Below, in pieces: positions 39,865 to 52,154 of a DNA stretch of 64,000 nucleotides. The stretch comes from Candidatus Eiseniibacteriota bacterium (GTDB lineage Bacteria; Eisenbacteria; RBG-16-71-46; JABDJR01), in assembly GCA_963783375.1 (NCBI GenBank), contig CAWANH010000029.1:960001-1024000 (forward strand), in the 5' to 3' direction. The position numbers and the translations under genes were made by a program. The first letter of the stretch is position 1; each line of letters begins with the position of its first letter. Under the pieces are notes generated by a model. It did not search any database, was not told the origin of the DNA, and worked only from the letters and a program-made list of their open reading frames with translations.

Positions 39865-41840
39865 AGGCCTGGCACCTCCGCCGCCTCGCCGCGATGCCCT
39901 GGGGCGAACGGCGTCTCCGGATCGCGCGCGCCCTCCGGAACCTCCGCGACCGCCGGGTCTGGCTCCGGGATGGACCGGAGGCGGTGCTCGGGCCTCCGCC
40001 GGATCCGGGGGAGTTTCTGGCCGGGTGGACGGACGCGCCCTGGGTCCTGGAGCCGCGCCGGCTGGCCGGCCTGGCCGCCCGCTGGCCCGAGGCCTGGACG
40101 GCGCGGACCTGCGCCGAGGCGAAGGAGATCCTGGGCGGCGCCTACCGCTGGCTCGGAGCAACGCGCGAGATGGGACCCCGCCCCCGCTGGCGCCGGGAGG
40201 CGGTTTCCGGCGTGGACTTTCCCGCGAGCTGGTGGAGCCGGATCCCGCTTCGCTCCCCTCTCGGTGCCTTCGACCTGAAGCACCTGTGGGAGCCGAACCA
40301 GCACCGGGCCTTCACCACCCTGGCCAAGGCGTTCCTTCTCACCGGCGATCCCCAGTATCGCGATCATCTGGCGGCGATCTGGGACGACTGGATGGAGCAG
40401 AACCCGCCCTTGGCCGGACCCAACGCGGTCTCGCCGCTCTCGGTGGGTCTTCGGCTCCTTCATTGGGCCGCCGCCCTTCGGTTCTTGGCCGCGCGGGAGC
40501 GTCCTTCTGAGGACCATCTCAGGGCCGTCTGGCCCCGGGTTCATGACCAGCGCGAGTTCATCGTCCGAAACCTCTCCCGCTATTCATCGGCCAACAACCA
40601 CCTGATCGGCGAGCTGGCCTCGGTGTTCCTCACCGATCTGGCCTTCCCCGGAATCGCCCCGCCCGCCGAGACCGAATCCGTGGAGCGCGAGCTTCGGACC
40701 GAACTCATCCGCCAGTTCCACCCCGACGGCGGCAATCGCGAGCAGGCCCTGCACTATCACGCCTTCGCGCTGGCTTTCGGCCTCCTGGCCGCCACCGGCG
40801 CCGAACGGCGCGGGCGCCCCTGGCCTCCGGAGACGCGCCTTCACCTCCGAAGGGCGGTCGCATTCCTGGACGCGGCCCGCCTGGGGGAGGCCGCCGGCCC
40901 CGAAGCCTTCCTCTTCGGTGACGGCGACGATAGCGAAGTGCTTCCCCTGGCCGAGGGAACGCGCCTCCTCTATGCACCGCTCGTGGCCCAGGGGCGCGTC
41001 TTGGCCGGCGAACCGGCCGGGCTCGGGCCCGAGGGGGATGAACGGACGGCCTGGCTCCTGGGCGAGCCGGGGCTCCCCGACCCGGATCGTCCCACCCCGG
41101 CTCCCCCGCCGGGCGCGGCGTTCCCGGACAGCGGCCACGCGTTCCTTCGCCGGGGGCCCCTGGCCGCCCACCTGAACGCCGGGGAACTCGGCTACCTCTC
41201 GATCGCCGCTCACGCCCATGCCGATGCCCTCTCCGTCCAGGTCGCCTATGGCGGAACGCCGATCGTTCTCGATCCCGGCACCTTCACCTACCGGGGGGGA
41301 AACCCCTGGCGGGACGTCCTGGCCGGCACGCCGGCCCACCCTACCGTGTCCCTGGAGGGCGGCAACCAGGCGGAGCGCCTGGGGCCGTTTCTGTGGGGGC
41401 GCCGCTACGTCGCGCGCCTCGACGAGGTCTCGCTGGACGGCGAGCCGCTCCAGGCTCGGGGGACCCATGACGGATACCGGGATCTGGGGTTGGTGCACCG
41501 GAGGCGCCTGGAACTCTCCGATCCGTCGACCGTGGTGGTGGAGGACGTCCTGGAGGGATCCGGGGTGCGGACGGTCCGCCTCAACTGGCCCCTGGGGCCC
41601 GGAGAGGCCGTCGTCGAGGCCTCGGGGATCGTTCTCCGCGCTCCCGGGGTGACCGCCCGGATCACCGTGGAGGGCTTTGCCGCCCCGGCCCGCCTGGAGC
41701 GGGGAGACCCGGAGCGCCCGGGTTCGCCCTGCTTTTCGAGGGGTTACGACCGTCTCCAGGCCGGGCAGGCCGCGGTCTGGGAGGGGCGGATCCCGCTCCC
41801 CGCCCGCTGGGTGACCCGGATCCGGATCACACCTTCTTGA
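39861..41840 (+). CDS. Heparinase II/III family protein
   Basis: SANNHLIGE, EQALHYH, AHAHADALS and DPGTFTY. Confidence 0.85.
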   Translation: MKAWHLRRLAAMPWGERRLRIARALRNLRDRRVWLRDGPEAVLGPPPDPGEFLAGWTDAPWVLEPRRLAGLAARWPEAWTARTCAEAKEILGGAYRWLGATREMGPRPRWRREAVSGVDFPASWWSRIPLRSPLGAFDLKHLWEPNQHRAFTTLAKAFLLTGDPQYRDHLAAIWDDWMEQNPPLAGPNAVSPLSVGLRLLHWAAALRFLAARERPSEDHLRAVWPRVHDQREFIVRNLSRYSSANNHLIGELASVFLTDLAFPGIAPPAETESVERELRTELIRQFHPDGGNREQALHYHAFALAFGLLAATGAERRGRPWPPETRLHLRRAVAFLDAARLGEAAGPEAFLFGDGDDSEVLPLAEGTRLLYAPLVAQGRVLAGEPAGLGPEGDERTAWLLGEPGLPDPDRPTPAPPPGAAFPDSGHAFLRRGPLAAHLNAGELGYLSIAAHAHADALSVQVAYGGTPIVLDPGTFTYRGGNPWRDVLAGTPAHPTVSLEGGNQAERLGPFLWGRRYVARLDEVSLDGEPLQARGTHDGYRDLGLVHRRRLELSDPSTVVVEDVLEGSGVRTVRLNWPLGPGEAVVEASGIVLRAPGVTARITVEGFAAPARLERGDPERPGSPCFSRGYDRLQAGQAAVWEGRIPLPARWVTRIRITPS

Positions 41841-42069
41841 CCAGCTTGACCAGGGCAAGAAGGAGGACCGCGCCGAAGAGGGCGGTCAGGAAGGCGCCGA
41901 TCCCGCCCCGGGGGACCACCCCGACCTCCCCCAACACCCACCCTCCGGCCACCGCGCCCAGCACCCCCACCACCGCGTCCCCCAGACACCCCAACCCACG
42001 GCCCCTTACGATGATGCCGGCCAACCAGCCCGCCACGAGCCCGATGATGATGAAGACGAGCAAGCTCAT
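41827..42069 (-). CDS. GlsB/YeaQ/YmgE family (transglycosylase-associated) membrane protein
   Basis: IIIGLVAGWLAG...VVGVLGAVAGG...ALFGAVLLL; RBS GGAGG. Confidence 0.9.
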   Translation of the reverse strand: MSLLVFIIIGLVAGWLAGIIVRGRGLGCLGDAVVGVLGAVAGGWVLGEVGVVPRGGIGAFLTALFGAVLLLALVKLVKKV

Positions 42070-42234
42070 CGTTCCCTCCCGGAATCGACCGGCTCCCCCG
42101 GTAAGACCGAAAGCCCCCGGCCTGGAGTCCGATATACTCTTTCGGGTGCGGAGGATCCGCCGGGCGCACCGTCCGGTCAAGGGGCGAATCGCCGGCGACC
42201 GTCTCCCTGCATCCGAGGACGGTCCGAGGAGTCG

Positions 42235-43794
42235 ATGAAAACGTTCGAAGCCCGTGAGACTCAACCTGCGGCATACCGCGCCCCATGGCAGGACCGCCTG
42301 CCGCGACCGATCGGTCGTATGGTTCGCCTTCCCTGGTGGCAGATCGGGGCGGCGGCGGCGGCGGCGTTCCTACTCTCCCAGCAGATCCTGGAGCCGCAAT
42401 CCCGGGTGATCAAGGCGGTGGCCGGGCTGGTGCTGTTGATCATCGCAATCCGCACCAGACCCTTCTACGCGCTCTGCTTCATCGCCCTGACCTTCGCCTT
42501 TCCGTTCTCGATCTTCATCGGGTCGAGCACCCTGATCTTCGTCGGGCTGGCCTTCACCGTGTACCTGGCCCGCCTCACCCTCGGCCAGGTCCCGCCCCTG
42601 GTCCGGACCCCGGTGGACGCCGGGATGGGCGTGCTGGTGGGTTGCTACATCCTCTCCTTCTACAACATCGACAACCCGGTGATCCTCGGGCGCGCGGTCC
42701 AGAATCTGTTCAGCATTTTCGCATCATTCATGCTCTTCTACCTGACCGCCAACTTCATTCGCACCGAGGACGAGCTCAAGACGTTCAGCAAGATCCTGGG
42801 AATCGCCCTGGCCTTGATCGTGTTCGTGGGCATCTACGAGCTGCTGCTTCCCGGTCGCGCGCTCATCCCCCACTGGATCCTGGGAGGGGGCAGCGGGCAC
42901 ACGCAGATGCGCGAAGGGTACCGGGTGGGGGGGGCCTTCTACGACTTCGAGCTGTACGGGGAGTTCATGGCGGTGAGCTTCTTCCTGGCCCTCTTCCTGT
43001 TCCAACGGGCGAGCCGGCCCAACCTCCGGTTCTTCACCGCCATCCTCACGATTTTCACCGTGTTCGGGCTGCTCACCTCCGTAACCCGGGGGGCCACCCT
43101 GGCTTTCATGGGTGGGGTGGTGTACTTCACCTGGCTCATGCGCCGCCGACTCAAGTTCCGCGACTTCGCGGCCGCGCTCCTGATCGGAGTGACCGTCTAC
43201 CTGGGTCTGGAGTTCGTGGTCGCCGATTACACCAGATCGGGATCGGTGTTCGACCGGCTCTTCGCCACCCATTTCGTGAACGGCCTCCCCGACTCCCGGG
43301 CGATGTGGCCGATCATCTGGGAACGGGTGCTGGAGCATCCCATCGTGGGCCACGGTCCCTATTACGATCTGGGCCTCCAGCGGGGCATCACCGGCCGCGG
43401 CCTGTACGTTTACACCTGGCCCCACAACCAGTACCTCTTCTACGCCCACACTATCGGGCTTCTCGGTACCGCCGCCTTCCTCTTCATCGGGGTCCGGCTC
43501 CTCGTGGTGTCGTTCCGGGACCGCGCCGCGGGGCTCCAGGAGCCGTCTTTCCCCCGGAGCTTCATGCTGGCGCTCCACGTCATGCTGCTGGTGTTCCTGG
43601 TGGACGAGCTCAAGATCGATTACCTGCGGAACCCGATCTACATGTACTACCCGTGGCTCCTCATGGGGCTGATCGCCGCCACCCACCGCATCATCCAGCA
43701 ACAGGCCACGGCAGGGGCGGGAAAGATCGGGGCCTCGGCGCCGGGCGGGCGAGGCTCCCCGTCCCCGGCCGCCTCCCGGCCCAGCGGGGCCTGA
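42235..43794 (+). CDS. O-antigen ligase/polymerase (Wzy_C) family
   Basis: Multi-TM protein with TSVTRGA, HPIVGHG and PHNQYL; start approximate. Confidence 0.85.
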   Translation: MKTFEARETQPAAYRAPWQDRLPRPIGRMVRLPWWQIGAAAAAAFLLSQQILEPQSRVIKAVAGLVLLIIAIRTRPFYALCFIALTFAFPFSIFIGSSTLIFVGLAFTVYLARLTLGQVPPLVRTPVDAGMGVLVGCYILSFYNIDNPVILGRAVQNLFSIFASFMLFYLTANFIRTEDELKTFSKILGIALALIVFVGIYELLLPGRALIPHWILGGGSGHTQMREGYRVGGAFYDFELYGEFMAVSFFLALFLFQRASRPNLRFFTAILTIFTVFGLLTSVTRGATLAFMGGVVYFTWLMRRRLKFRDFAAALLIGVTVYLGLEFVVADYTRSGSVFDRLFATHFVNGLPDSRAMWPIIWERVLEHPIVGHGPYYDLGLQRGITGRGLYVYTWPHNQYLFYAHTIGLLGTAAFLFIGVRLLVVSFRDRAAGLQEPSFPRSFMLALHVMLLVFLVDELKIDYLRNPIYMYYPWLLMGLIAATHRIIQQQATAGAGKIGASAPGGRGSPSPAASRPSGA

Positions 43795-43902
43795 TCGGAG
43801 GCGGGCGGGAGCGAGGAGGGCTGCGATGGCGCCGGGGTCGACCGGGGCTCCATTGGAGCTTTACTTCGAACCCTCGAACCCGTATTCTCCCATTGATTCG
43901 AT

Positions 43903-43937
43903 CGCTTTTCATCCATAAATGAAGGGCGCTTGTTTTC
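43903..43937 (+). terminator. Possible intrinsic terminator after the Wzy-like gene
   Basis: CGCTTTTCAT-CCATAA-ATGAAGGGCG stem (two G-U pairs) followed by CTTGTTTT. Confidence 0.4.
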
Positions 43938-44172
43938 GTCGGCTTTCTTCCGTTCCGCCTCGATGATAAGGTGAAACGGGACCGCTACCCGACGGGTTCA
44001 ACGTGCGGTGGGCTATAGTTGAGGCAAGGTGACGGGGCACGAACAGCTCCCACCTTCGGCGCCGCGCCGCTGCGGTCGGGCGCGCGACCTTCTCCGGGCC
44101 GATTAATCCCCCAATTGGTGCCCGGGCCTCTTGGAGAATTCTCCCCACAACGGAGAATGGGGGACTTGTGCG

Positions 44173-45144
44173 GTGAAGCTGGTCATTCAGATCCCGTGTC
44201 TGAACGAGGAGCACATCCTGCCCCGCACCCTCGCCGATCTCCCGCGATCAATCCCCGGAATATCCAAGATCATGATCCTGGTGATCAACGACGGGAGCAC
44301 GGACCGGACGGTGGACGTCGCCCGGGAGAACGGTGCGGCAAGGATCGTCAACTTCTCCTGCCGCAAGGGGCTGGCCAACGCATTCTATCGGGGTCTGCAC
44401 GAGGCGCTGGCCATGGGCGCCGACATCATCGTCAACACCGACGGGGACAATCAGTACCGCGGCGCCGACATCGCCGCACTCATCCAGCCGGTCATGAACG
44501 GAGATGCCGACATGGTGGTGGGTTGCCGGCCCATCGAAGAGAACCCGGAGTTCTCCGCCCTCAAGAAGCGGCTCCAGCGGCTGGGGAGCTGGGTCGTCCG
44601 CCAGCTCTCGGGAACCAAAGTGCCGGACGCCACCTCGGGGTTCCGGGCCTACAGCCGCGAGGCGGCCCTCCGCATCACCGTGCTCTCGAATTTCACCTAC
44701 ACCTTGGAGACCCTGATCCAGGCGAACAGGAAGAACCTGTCGGTGTCCTATGTCCCCATCGGAACCAATCCCAAGACCCGCGAGTCCCGCCTGTTCACCT
44801 CGATTCCCTGCTACGTGCGGCGATCGCTGGCCACCATGTTCCGGGTGTACGTGCTCTACCAGCCCCTCCGCTTCTTCTCCATCATCAGCGGCGTCGTCAT
44901 CGGGAGCGGGCTGCTGCTGATCCTGCGGTTCCTCTACCTGTACCTGGTCACCGAGGGCCCCACCGGTCACATTCAATCGCTGGTTCTGGGGGGCGTTCTC
45001 GTGGTCGTCGGTGTCCTGGTCAGCGCAATGGCCGTCCTGTCGGACCTGACCGCGGTCAACCGAAGGCTCCTGGAGGAGCTTCTCTACAACCAGCGGAAGC
45101 GCTTCCTGGGAGAGGAGACCGGGGCGATCGGGCGGCGACCATGA
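44173..45144 (+). CDS. GT2 glycosyltransferase (DPM1-like)
   Basis: IQIPCLNEE, NDGSTD, NTDGDNQY and DATSGFRAY; two C-terminal TM helices. Confidence 0.92.
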   Translation: MKLVIQIPCLNEEHILPRTLADLPRSIPGISKIMILVINDGSTDRTVDVARENGAARIVNFSCRKGLANAFYRGLHEALAMGADIIVNTDGDNQYRGADIAALIQPVMNGDADMVVGCRPIEENPEFSALKKRLQRLGSWVVRQLSGTKVPDATSGFRAYSREAALRITVLSNFTYTLETLIQANRKNLSVSYVPIGTNPKTRESRLFTSIPCYVRRSLATMFRVYVLYQPLRFFSIISGVVIGSGLLLILRFLYLYLVTEGPTGHIQSLVLGGVLVVVGVLVSAMAVLSDLTAVNRRLLEELLYNQRKRFLGEETGAIGRRP

Positions 45145-45758
45145 GCGGAGCGTGCTCCGCCCCGGTCGCCGGAAACGTCTACAACAAGTACGATTCGCGG
45201 AATCCGATTTCCAGGAAGCTCATGGCGGGCTTCACCCGCAGCATGTTCGACCTGCTCTCGGCGGCTGGGGACGCGACCACGATCCTCGAGGTTGGTTGTG
45301 GGGAGGGATTCATCTCCCGGATGGTCGTCGAGCGCTTCCCCGACGCGCGGTTCCTCGGCACCGACCTGTCGGCCGAGGTGATTGAAACCGCCCGCCGGTT
45401 GAACCCGGGCGTCGCCTTCGAACCCTGCTCGGTCTACGAGCTCGAGTCCCTGGGCCGGCGGTTCGATCTGGTGGTCGGGAGCGAGGTGCTCGAGCATCTG
45501 GACGAGCCGCTCACGGCGCTGCGGTCCATGAGCCGGATCTGCCGAAACCGGCTGTTCGTGAGCGTCCCCCGCGAACCTCTGTGGCGCGTCCTGAACCTCG
45601 CCCGTCTGAAGTACGTCGCCGCTCTCGGCAACACGCCGGGTCATGTCCAGCACTGGAGTACCGGGCGCTTCCTCGACTTCCTGCGGGGGGAGGTGGTCGT
45701 GGAGGCGCACCGGACCCCCCTGCCATGGACCCAGGCGCTATGCCGGCCCGCATCATGA
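45141..45758 (+). CDS. Class I SAM-dependent methyltransferase
   Basis: LEVGCGEG, EVLEHL and SVPREP. Confidence 0.9.
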   Translation: MSGACSAPVAGNVYNKYDSRNPISRKLMAGFTRSMFDLLSAAGDATTILEVGCGEGFISRMVVERFPDARFLGTDLSAEVIETARRLNPGVAFEPCSVYELESLGRRFDLVVGSEVLEHLDEPLTALRSMSRICRNRLFVSVPREPLWRVLNLARLKYVAALGNTPGHVQHWSTGRFLDFLRGEVVVEAHRTPLPWTQALCRPAS

Positions 45759-46699
45759 AGCGCCGCTTCCTTTCCCTGCTCCTGAAAATCGGCGTCTCCG
45801 GGATCCTCATGCTCCTGGTCCTGCGGAGCGTGGAGCCGGAGGCGATCCTCGAGGCGGCGGGGCGGCTCCGGGGGATCACCGTGCTGGAGGTGCTGGCCCT
45901 CTCCCTCGCCGCCTACCTGGGCCGCGCCCTGCGCTGGACGGTTCTCCTCCGTCGGATGCGGGTCCGGGTCGGAGCCGGGACCGCGTACCGGTTGACCCTG
46001 CTGGGGGTCTTCTACGGGATTCTGACCCCGGGGCGGTTCGGGGAGTTCGGCAAGGCGCTCCATCTCGGGGCCTCCCGCACCACGACGCTCTCCACCGTGT
46101 TCGTTGAGCGCCTCATGGATGTGCTCTTCCTGGAAGCGGTTTCGGCTCCCGCCTTCATCCTCTTCGAGGACTGGCGGGGGGCTCCGCGGCTGGTGTACCT
46201 CGTCCTCACCGCGCTTACCCTCGCCCTGGTCCTCCTCCTCGTCTCAGGCGCCGTGAAGCCCCTCCTCCGTTCGGGGATCATGCCCGCGCGGATCCGCGAC
46301 GCGGTGGCCGAGGTCGCGCCCGGTCGCATGAACCACCCGCGCACCCTGCTTCTCGGGTTCTTGGGAACGGCCTCGTTCTACGCGCTCGGGTTCTCGGGAG
46401 GTCTCATCCTGCTCCGGGATCTGGCTCCCGGCGCCCCCCCGATCTTCGTGGCGGTCTTTCCCGTGATCATCCTGCTCGGAAACCTCCCCCTGGCCTTCGG
46501 GGGCATCGGGCTCCGCGAACAGGTGGCCCTGATCGCTTTCACGAGCCTCGGGCTGGCCCCCCGGATCGGTCCGACCTTCTCGCTCCTCTGGTTCACCCTG
46601 GTCTCCCTCATCCCCGGGCTTCTGGGGGTGGCCGGCAACGCCCTGGCCGGCGCCCACCTCCGTTCCGGCGACCGGCGGCGAAAGACGGTGGAGACATGA
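45755..46699 (+). CDS. Lysylphosphatidylglycerol-synthase TM / flippase-like protein
   Basis: TPGRFGEFGK, VERLMD and LPLAFGGIGLRE. Confidence 0.85.
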   Translation: MKRRFLSLLLKIGVSGILMLLVLRSVEPEAILEAAGRLRGITVLEVLALSLAAYLGRALRWTVLLRRMRVRVGAGTAYRLTLLGVFYGILTPGRFGEFGKALHLGASRTTTLSTVFVERLMDVLFLEAVSAPAFILFEDWRGAPRLVYLVLTALTLALVLLLVSGAVKPLLRSGIMPARIRDAVAEVAPGRMNHPRTLLLGFLGTASFYALGFSGGLILLRDLAPGAPPIFVAVFPVIILLGNLPLAFGGIGLREQVALIAFTSLGLAPRIGPTFSLLWFTLVSLIPGLLGVAGNALAGAHLRSGDRRRKTVET

Positions 46700-47979
46700 G
46701 TCCCGAATCCTCGAACCGGGAGCGGGGGCTCGGGTTCCGGGGTCCGGCGATGATCTTCCTGGGAGCGGTCCTGGTGAGGATCCTCTTCGTCTTCGTGGTC
46801 TATCCATTCACCCCCGGCTCCCATCCCGGGATTGTTCGGGCGGGGGACGGCTACACCGACGTCGCCGAGAACCTGATCCGGGGGAACGGATACATCCGCG
46901 CCGAGGCGCTGGGTCCGGAGCTCCAACGTCCGCCGGCCTACCCGCTCCTGAACTACCTGGTCTTCCTGGTGGCCGGGGTGAACGACCGGGCGATGGTGGT
47001 CTTTCAATGTCTGGTTGGCGGACTGGACGCGCTACTCGTCCTGTGGGTGGGGAACCTCCTGATTTCGAGGCGCGTCGCTTTTCTCTCCGCCGCGGTATTC
47101 GCCGTGTTTCCGGTGCAGATCTTCTACACGACCCTGCTGGCCCGAGAGACCCTCGATCTCCCCCTGACCCTGGGGCTCGGCGCCGCGCTCTGGTCGGCGC
47201 TCTCCAACCGCTCGCGAAGGCGCGCCCTCGCCTTCGCGACTCTGGCCGGGGCGCTCACCGGCCTCGCCGCGCTTACCAACGCCATGTGGACCCTTCTCGG
47301 TGGATCCTGGTGCCTACTCACCGCGTGGCTGCTCCGGACCCGGATCCGCCCTGCCCCGGCCGTGCTCGCAATCCTCATCCTGGTGCAGGCGGCCGTCATC
47401 CTTCCCTGGACCTACCGGAACTATCGCGTGACCGGACGCTTGGTCCCGATCTCCACCTCGGGCGGCCTCACCCTCTGGCAGGGGACCTTCCTCATGGACT
47501 TTCCCTGGAACTCCCCGTACGACCACAGCCAACAGGTCAAGCAGTGCCTGGAGGCGGCGCAAGGGATCACCAATCGGGGAGCGTTGAACCCGAGCCCGGA
47601 GGATGACGCCGTCTTCCGCCGGCTGGCGGTGGAGAACATCCGAAACCACCCCGGGCGATGGGTGCGGGCCTTGGCTCGGAACAGCCTGAGGATCTGGTAC
47701 TACAACGCGAGGCGGAACCGGATCCCGTTCATCCTGACCATGCAGCTTCCATTCCTGGTTGCCGCGGCGTGGGGATTCGTTCTTCTGCTCCGGGAGAAAC
47801 CCGCGGTCGCTCTCTTCCTCGCCTTCCCCGTGCTCTACAACGTGGTCCTGCACATGCCGTTCGTGGCCATCGTGCGATACTCCACATCCTCGACACCGTT
47901 CCTGGCCATCTTCATCGGGTTCCTGATCGCACGGTGGATCGCCCGGAGCCGGCGTGCGGATGGCCTGCAGCGGGCCTAG
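46696..47979 (+). CDS. GT-C (ArnT/GT39-like) glycosyltransferase
   Basis: DGYTDVAENL..G.GY, RPPAYP and PWTYRNY...GGLTLWQG. Confidence 0.8.
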   Translation: MSPESSNRERGLGFRGPAMIFLGAVLVRILFVFVVYPFTPGSHPGIVRAGDGYTDVAENLIRGNGYIRAEALGPELQRPPAYPLLNYLVFLVAGVNDRAMVVFQCLVGGLDALLVLWVGNLLISRRVAFLSAAVFAVFPVQIFYTTLLARETLDLPLTLGLGAALWSALSNRSRRRALAFATLAGALTGLAALTNAMWTLLGGSWCLLTAWLLRTRIRPAPAVLAILILVQAAVILPWTYRNYRVTGRLVPISTSGGLTLWQGTFLMDFPWNSPYDHSQQVKQCLEAAQGITNRGALNPSPEDDAVFRRLAVENIRNHPGRWVRALARNSLRIWYYNARRNRIPFILTMQLPFLVAAAWGFVLLLREKPAVALFLAFPVLYNVVLHMPFVAIVRYSTSSTPFLAIFIGFLIARWIARSRRADGLQRA

Positions 47980-48012
47980 CGCCGATGGCCGGAGCGGTTC
48001 GAGCGTGGGGCC

Positions 48013-49656
<1,644 letters not shown>

Positions 49657-49733
49657 TCAAGGAGTACGGGGCCGTCTCGCCCCCCCGTCGAACCGGCCGT
49701 CCGACGAGGGAGGACCGGCGCTCGGGCCGGCGG

Positions 49734-50018
49734 TCAGACCCGCCCGAGGATCTCCTCTTCCCGAAGGATCAAGTACTCCTCACCGCCCAGCTCGACCTTG
49801 GAACCGGCGTAGCGCTCGAACAGGACCTTGTCTCCGACTTTGATATCCGGGGCGCGCCGCTCCCCGTTCTTGTTCAGGGCTCCGGGGCCGACCGCGATCA
49901 CCTCTCCCTTGAGGGACTTCTCGCGGGCGATCTCGGGAATCAGGATGCCCGAGGCGGTCTTCTCCTCGGCTTTGATGGGGCGAACCACCACGCGATCGCC
50001 CAGGGGCTTGATCTTCAT
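49734..50018 (-). CDS. groES: Co-chaperonin GroES
   Basis: MKIKPLGDRVVV, TASGILIP, AVGPG and VGDKVLF. Confidence 0.97.
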   Translation of the reverse strand: MKIKPLGDRVVVRPIKAEEKTASGILIPEIAREKSLKGEVIAVGPGALNKNGERRAPDIKVGDKVLFERYAGSKVELGGEEYLILREEEILGRV

Positions 50019-50165
50019 TCGTATACTCCTTGCCGGACGCTCGCCGAGGTTCCGCGGTCGCGGCCGGATCGGGGGGCCGCCTCGGACTCCGTGTTTCGGG
50101 CCGGGGCGTGAACGACGTCGAGCCGAACGAGTGTATCCGCTCCGCCGGACCCCCATCAAGACGGG

Positions 50166-51242
50166 TCAACCCTCCACCACCTGGGCCAGGGCGGAAAGAC
50201 CCTCCCGAAGCGGCTCCGGGTCCAGGGCGAACCCCACCCGGAGACCGGTGTCGTCCCCGAAGAACCGCCCGGGCACCGCCCCTACCCGGTGATCGACAAG
50301 GAGGCGCTCTGCGGCTTCGGTCCCGGTGAGCCCGGGGGGAAGCTCGAACCAGGCGTGGATCCCCCCGTCGGGGGGGTGCACCCGGGGGAACTCGCGCTCC
50401 GCGGCCCACTTCGCGACGGTGTCCCAGCCCGAGGCGGCGCGGGCCAGCCCCGCCTCGCGCAGCCGGTCCGCGTGGCGAAGTCCGGCGCGGACGTAGGGGG
50501 CGGCGGGAAGAGGATCGACGGCGTACATCACGTTGAGGATCGACCGCATGCGGGCGATCCGCGCCGGAGAGGCGAGGATCCAGCCCGCCCGAAGCGGCCC
50601 CAGCCCGTAGACCTTGGTGAGGCTGGAGACGGTGATGACCGCCTCCCCGAGCCCCCGCGCCGTTCCCACCGGCCCCGGCCGGAAGTCCCGATAGACCTCG
50701 TCCACCAGAAGGCAGGCCCCCCGGGCCTCCGCCTCCCGGGCCAGGACGGCAAGAGCCCCGTCCCCGGGTGTGCGCCCGGTGGGGTTGTGGAGGTCGCTCA
50801 CCAGCACCATCTTCACCCCCGGCTCCCAGAGCCGGAGCACCACCTCGGGTTCGAGCCGCCATCCGGCCTCCCGGCGCCGGGGAAACGGGATGATCTCCGC
50901 TCCTACCGCCCGCGCGGCGGCCCGCAGGGGCTCGTAGGCGGGATCCTCCACCATGACCCGGTCCCCGGGCCGCAGCACCGAGGCGGAGGCCAGGAAGAGC
51001 CCCATGCTCGTGCCCAGGACGGGGAGAACCTCGGCCTCGGGGACGGCGTACCGGCCGGCCACCGCGGCCCGGATCTCCGGATCGGCGGCCGGTCCAAAGC
51101 GACTCCGTTCCACCTCTCCCGGCTCCACCCCGAGCTCGCCCAGGGGAGTGGAGAGCCCACTCAACAGCATGGAGACCCGCCAGGGACGAGGTTGGAACGC
51201 CTGGGCCCACTCGAGATAGGCGACCCGGGCCTCGTGCAGCAT
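50166..51242 (-). CDS. PLP-dependent aminotransferase class I/II
   Basis: HNPTG, VDEVY and SSLTKVYGLGPLRAGW. Confidence 0.9.
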   Translation of the reverse strand: MLHEARVAYLEWAQAFQPRPWRVSMLLSGLSTPLGELGVEPGEVERSRFGPAADPEIRAAVAGRYAVPEAEVLPVLGTSMGLFLASASVLRPGDRVMVEDPAYEPLRAAARAVGAEIIPFPRRREAGWRLEPEVVLRLWEPGVKMVLVSDLHNPTGRTPGDGALAVLAREAEARGACLLVDEVYRDFRPGPVGTARGLGEAVITVSSLTKVYGLGPLRAGWILASPARIARMRSILNVMYAVDPLPAAPYVRAGLRHADRLREAGLARAASGWDTVAKWAAEREFPRVHPPDGGIHAWFELPPGLTGTEAAERLLVDHRVGAVPGRFFGDDTGLRVGFALDPEPLREGLSALAQVVEG

Positions 51243-51339
51243 CGTGAGCCTCCTCCGGCCGGACCGGACCGCCTTCCCCCTCGACCGGAGGCGGGTGGGA
51301 CTGGGGTTGCCTCCCGGAGGAGGCCTCGAGGGTCCGGCG

Positions 51340-51368
51340 TTGCAGAACCGGGGGCCGGAGTGTACCAT
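51340..51368 (+). promoter_or_regulatory. sigma70 promoter of rpiA
   Basis: TTGCAG-17 nt-TACCAT. Confidence 0.5.
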
Positions 51369-51447
51369 TGGCCGGTTCTGGATGCGCCGGGGTGTTCCCC
51401 CGGCGTTTCCGTGACGATTGCCATCGAACCCACAAATTGGAGCATCC

Positions 51448-52128
51448 ATGGACCCGAAGGAGCAAGCGGGCCGCAAGGCGGCCGAGTACGTCAAGGACGA
51501 CATGGTGGTGGGCCTCGGAACCGGCTCGACGGCCGCGTGGGCGGTCCGCGCCCTGGGCGACCGGGTGAAGAGCGGGGACCTGAAGGGGATCCAATGCATT
51601 CCCACCTCCGTCCAGACCCGCCATCTGGCCGAGGAAGTCGGCCTCTCCATCCGGGGCCTCGAAGACGTGGACTGGGTCGACCTCACCATCGACGGGGCCG
51701 ATCAGGTGGACGACAACCTGAACCTCATCAAGGGAGCGGGCGGCGCCCTCCTGCGGGAGAAGGTGGTTGCCTTCAGCTCCGGCGAGGTGATCATCGTGGT
51801 GGACGAGTCCAAGCTCACCAAGCAGCTCGGGGACGGGGTGCCGGTCCCGGTGGAGGTGCTCCCCTTCGCCGAAGCGGTGGTGCGGGCGGCGTTGACCAAC
51901 TTGAGGGCCGAGGTCGAACCGCGCATGGAGGGGGATGACCCCTACATGACCGACAACAACAATTTCATCCTGGACTGCCTGTTCAAGGAGCCCTTCGAGC
52001 CCAAGCGGATGGAACGGGAGATCAAGCGCATTCCCGGCGTGGTGGAGAGCGGCCTCTTCACCGACATGACCGACCGGCTGGTCATCGGGCGTACGACCGG
52101 TGACCCGAAGGTCGTCGACGCGGTCTAA
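51448..52128 (+). CDS. rpiA: Ribose-5-phosphate isomerase A
   Basis: GLGTGST, DGADQVD, KGAGGALLREK and GVVESGLF. Confidence 0.97.
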   Translation: MDPKEQAGRKAAEYVKDDMVVGLGTGSTAAWAVRALGDRVKSGDLKGIQCIPTSVQTRHLAEEVGLSIRGLEDVDWVDLTIDGADQVDDNLNLIKGAGGALLREKVVAFSSGEVIIVVDESKLTKQLGDGVPVPVEVLPFAEAVVRAALTNLRAEVEPRMEGDDPYMTDNNNFILDCLFKEPFEPKRMEREIKRIPGVVESGLFTDMTDRLVIGRTTGDPKVVDAV

Positions 52129-52154
52129 CCCCCGTTGACCCGGTCGACGGGCCA

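Noticed and set aside
43979-43993. ops/JUMPstart-like GGTAGC near the glycan genes
   Set aside because: Partial match and on the opposite strand to the genes.
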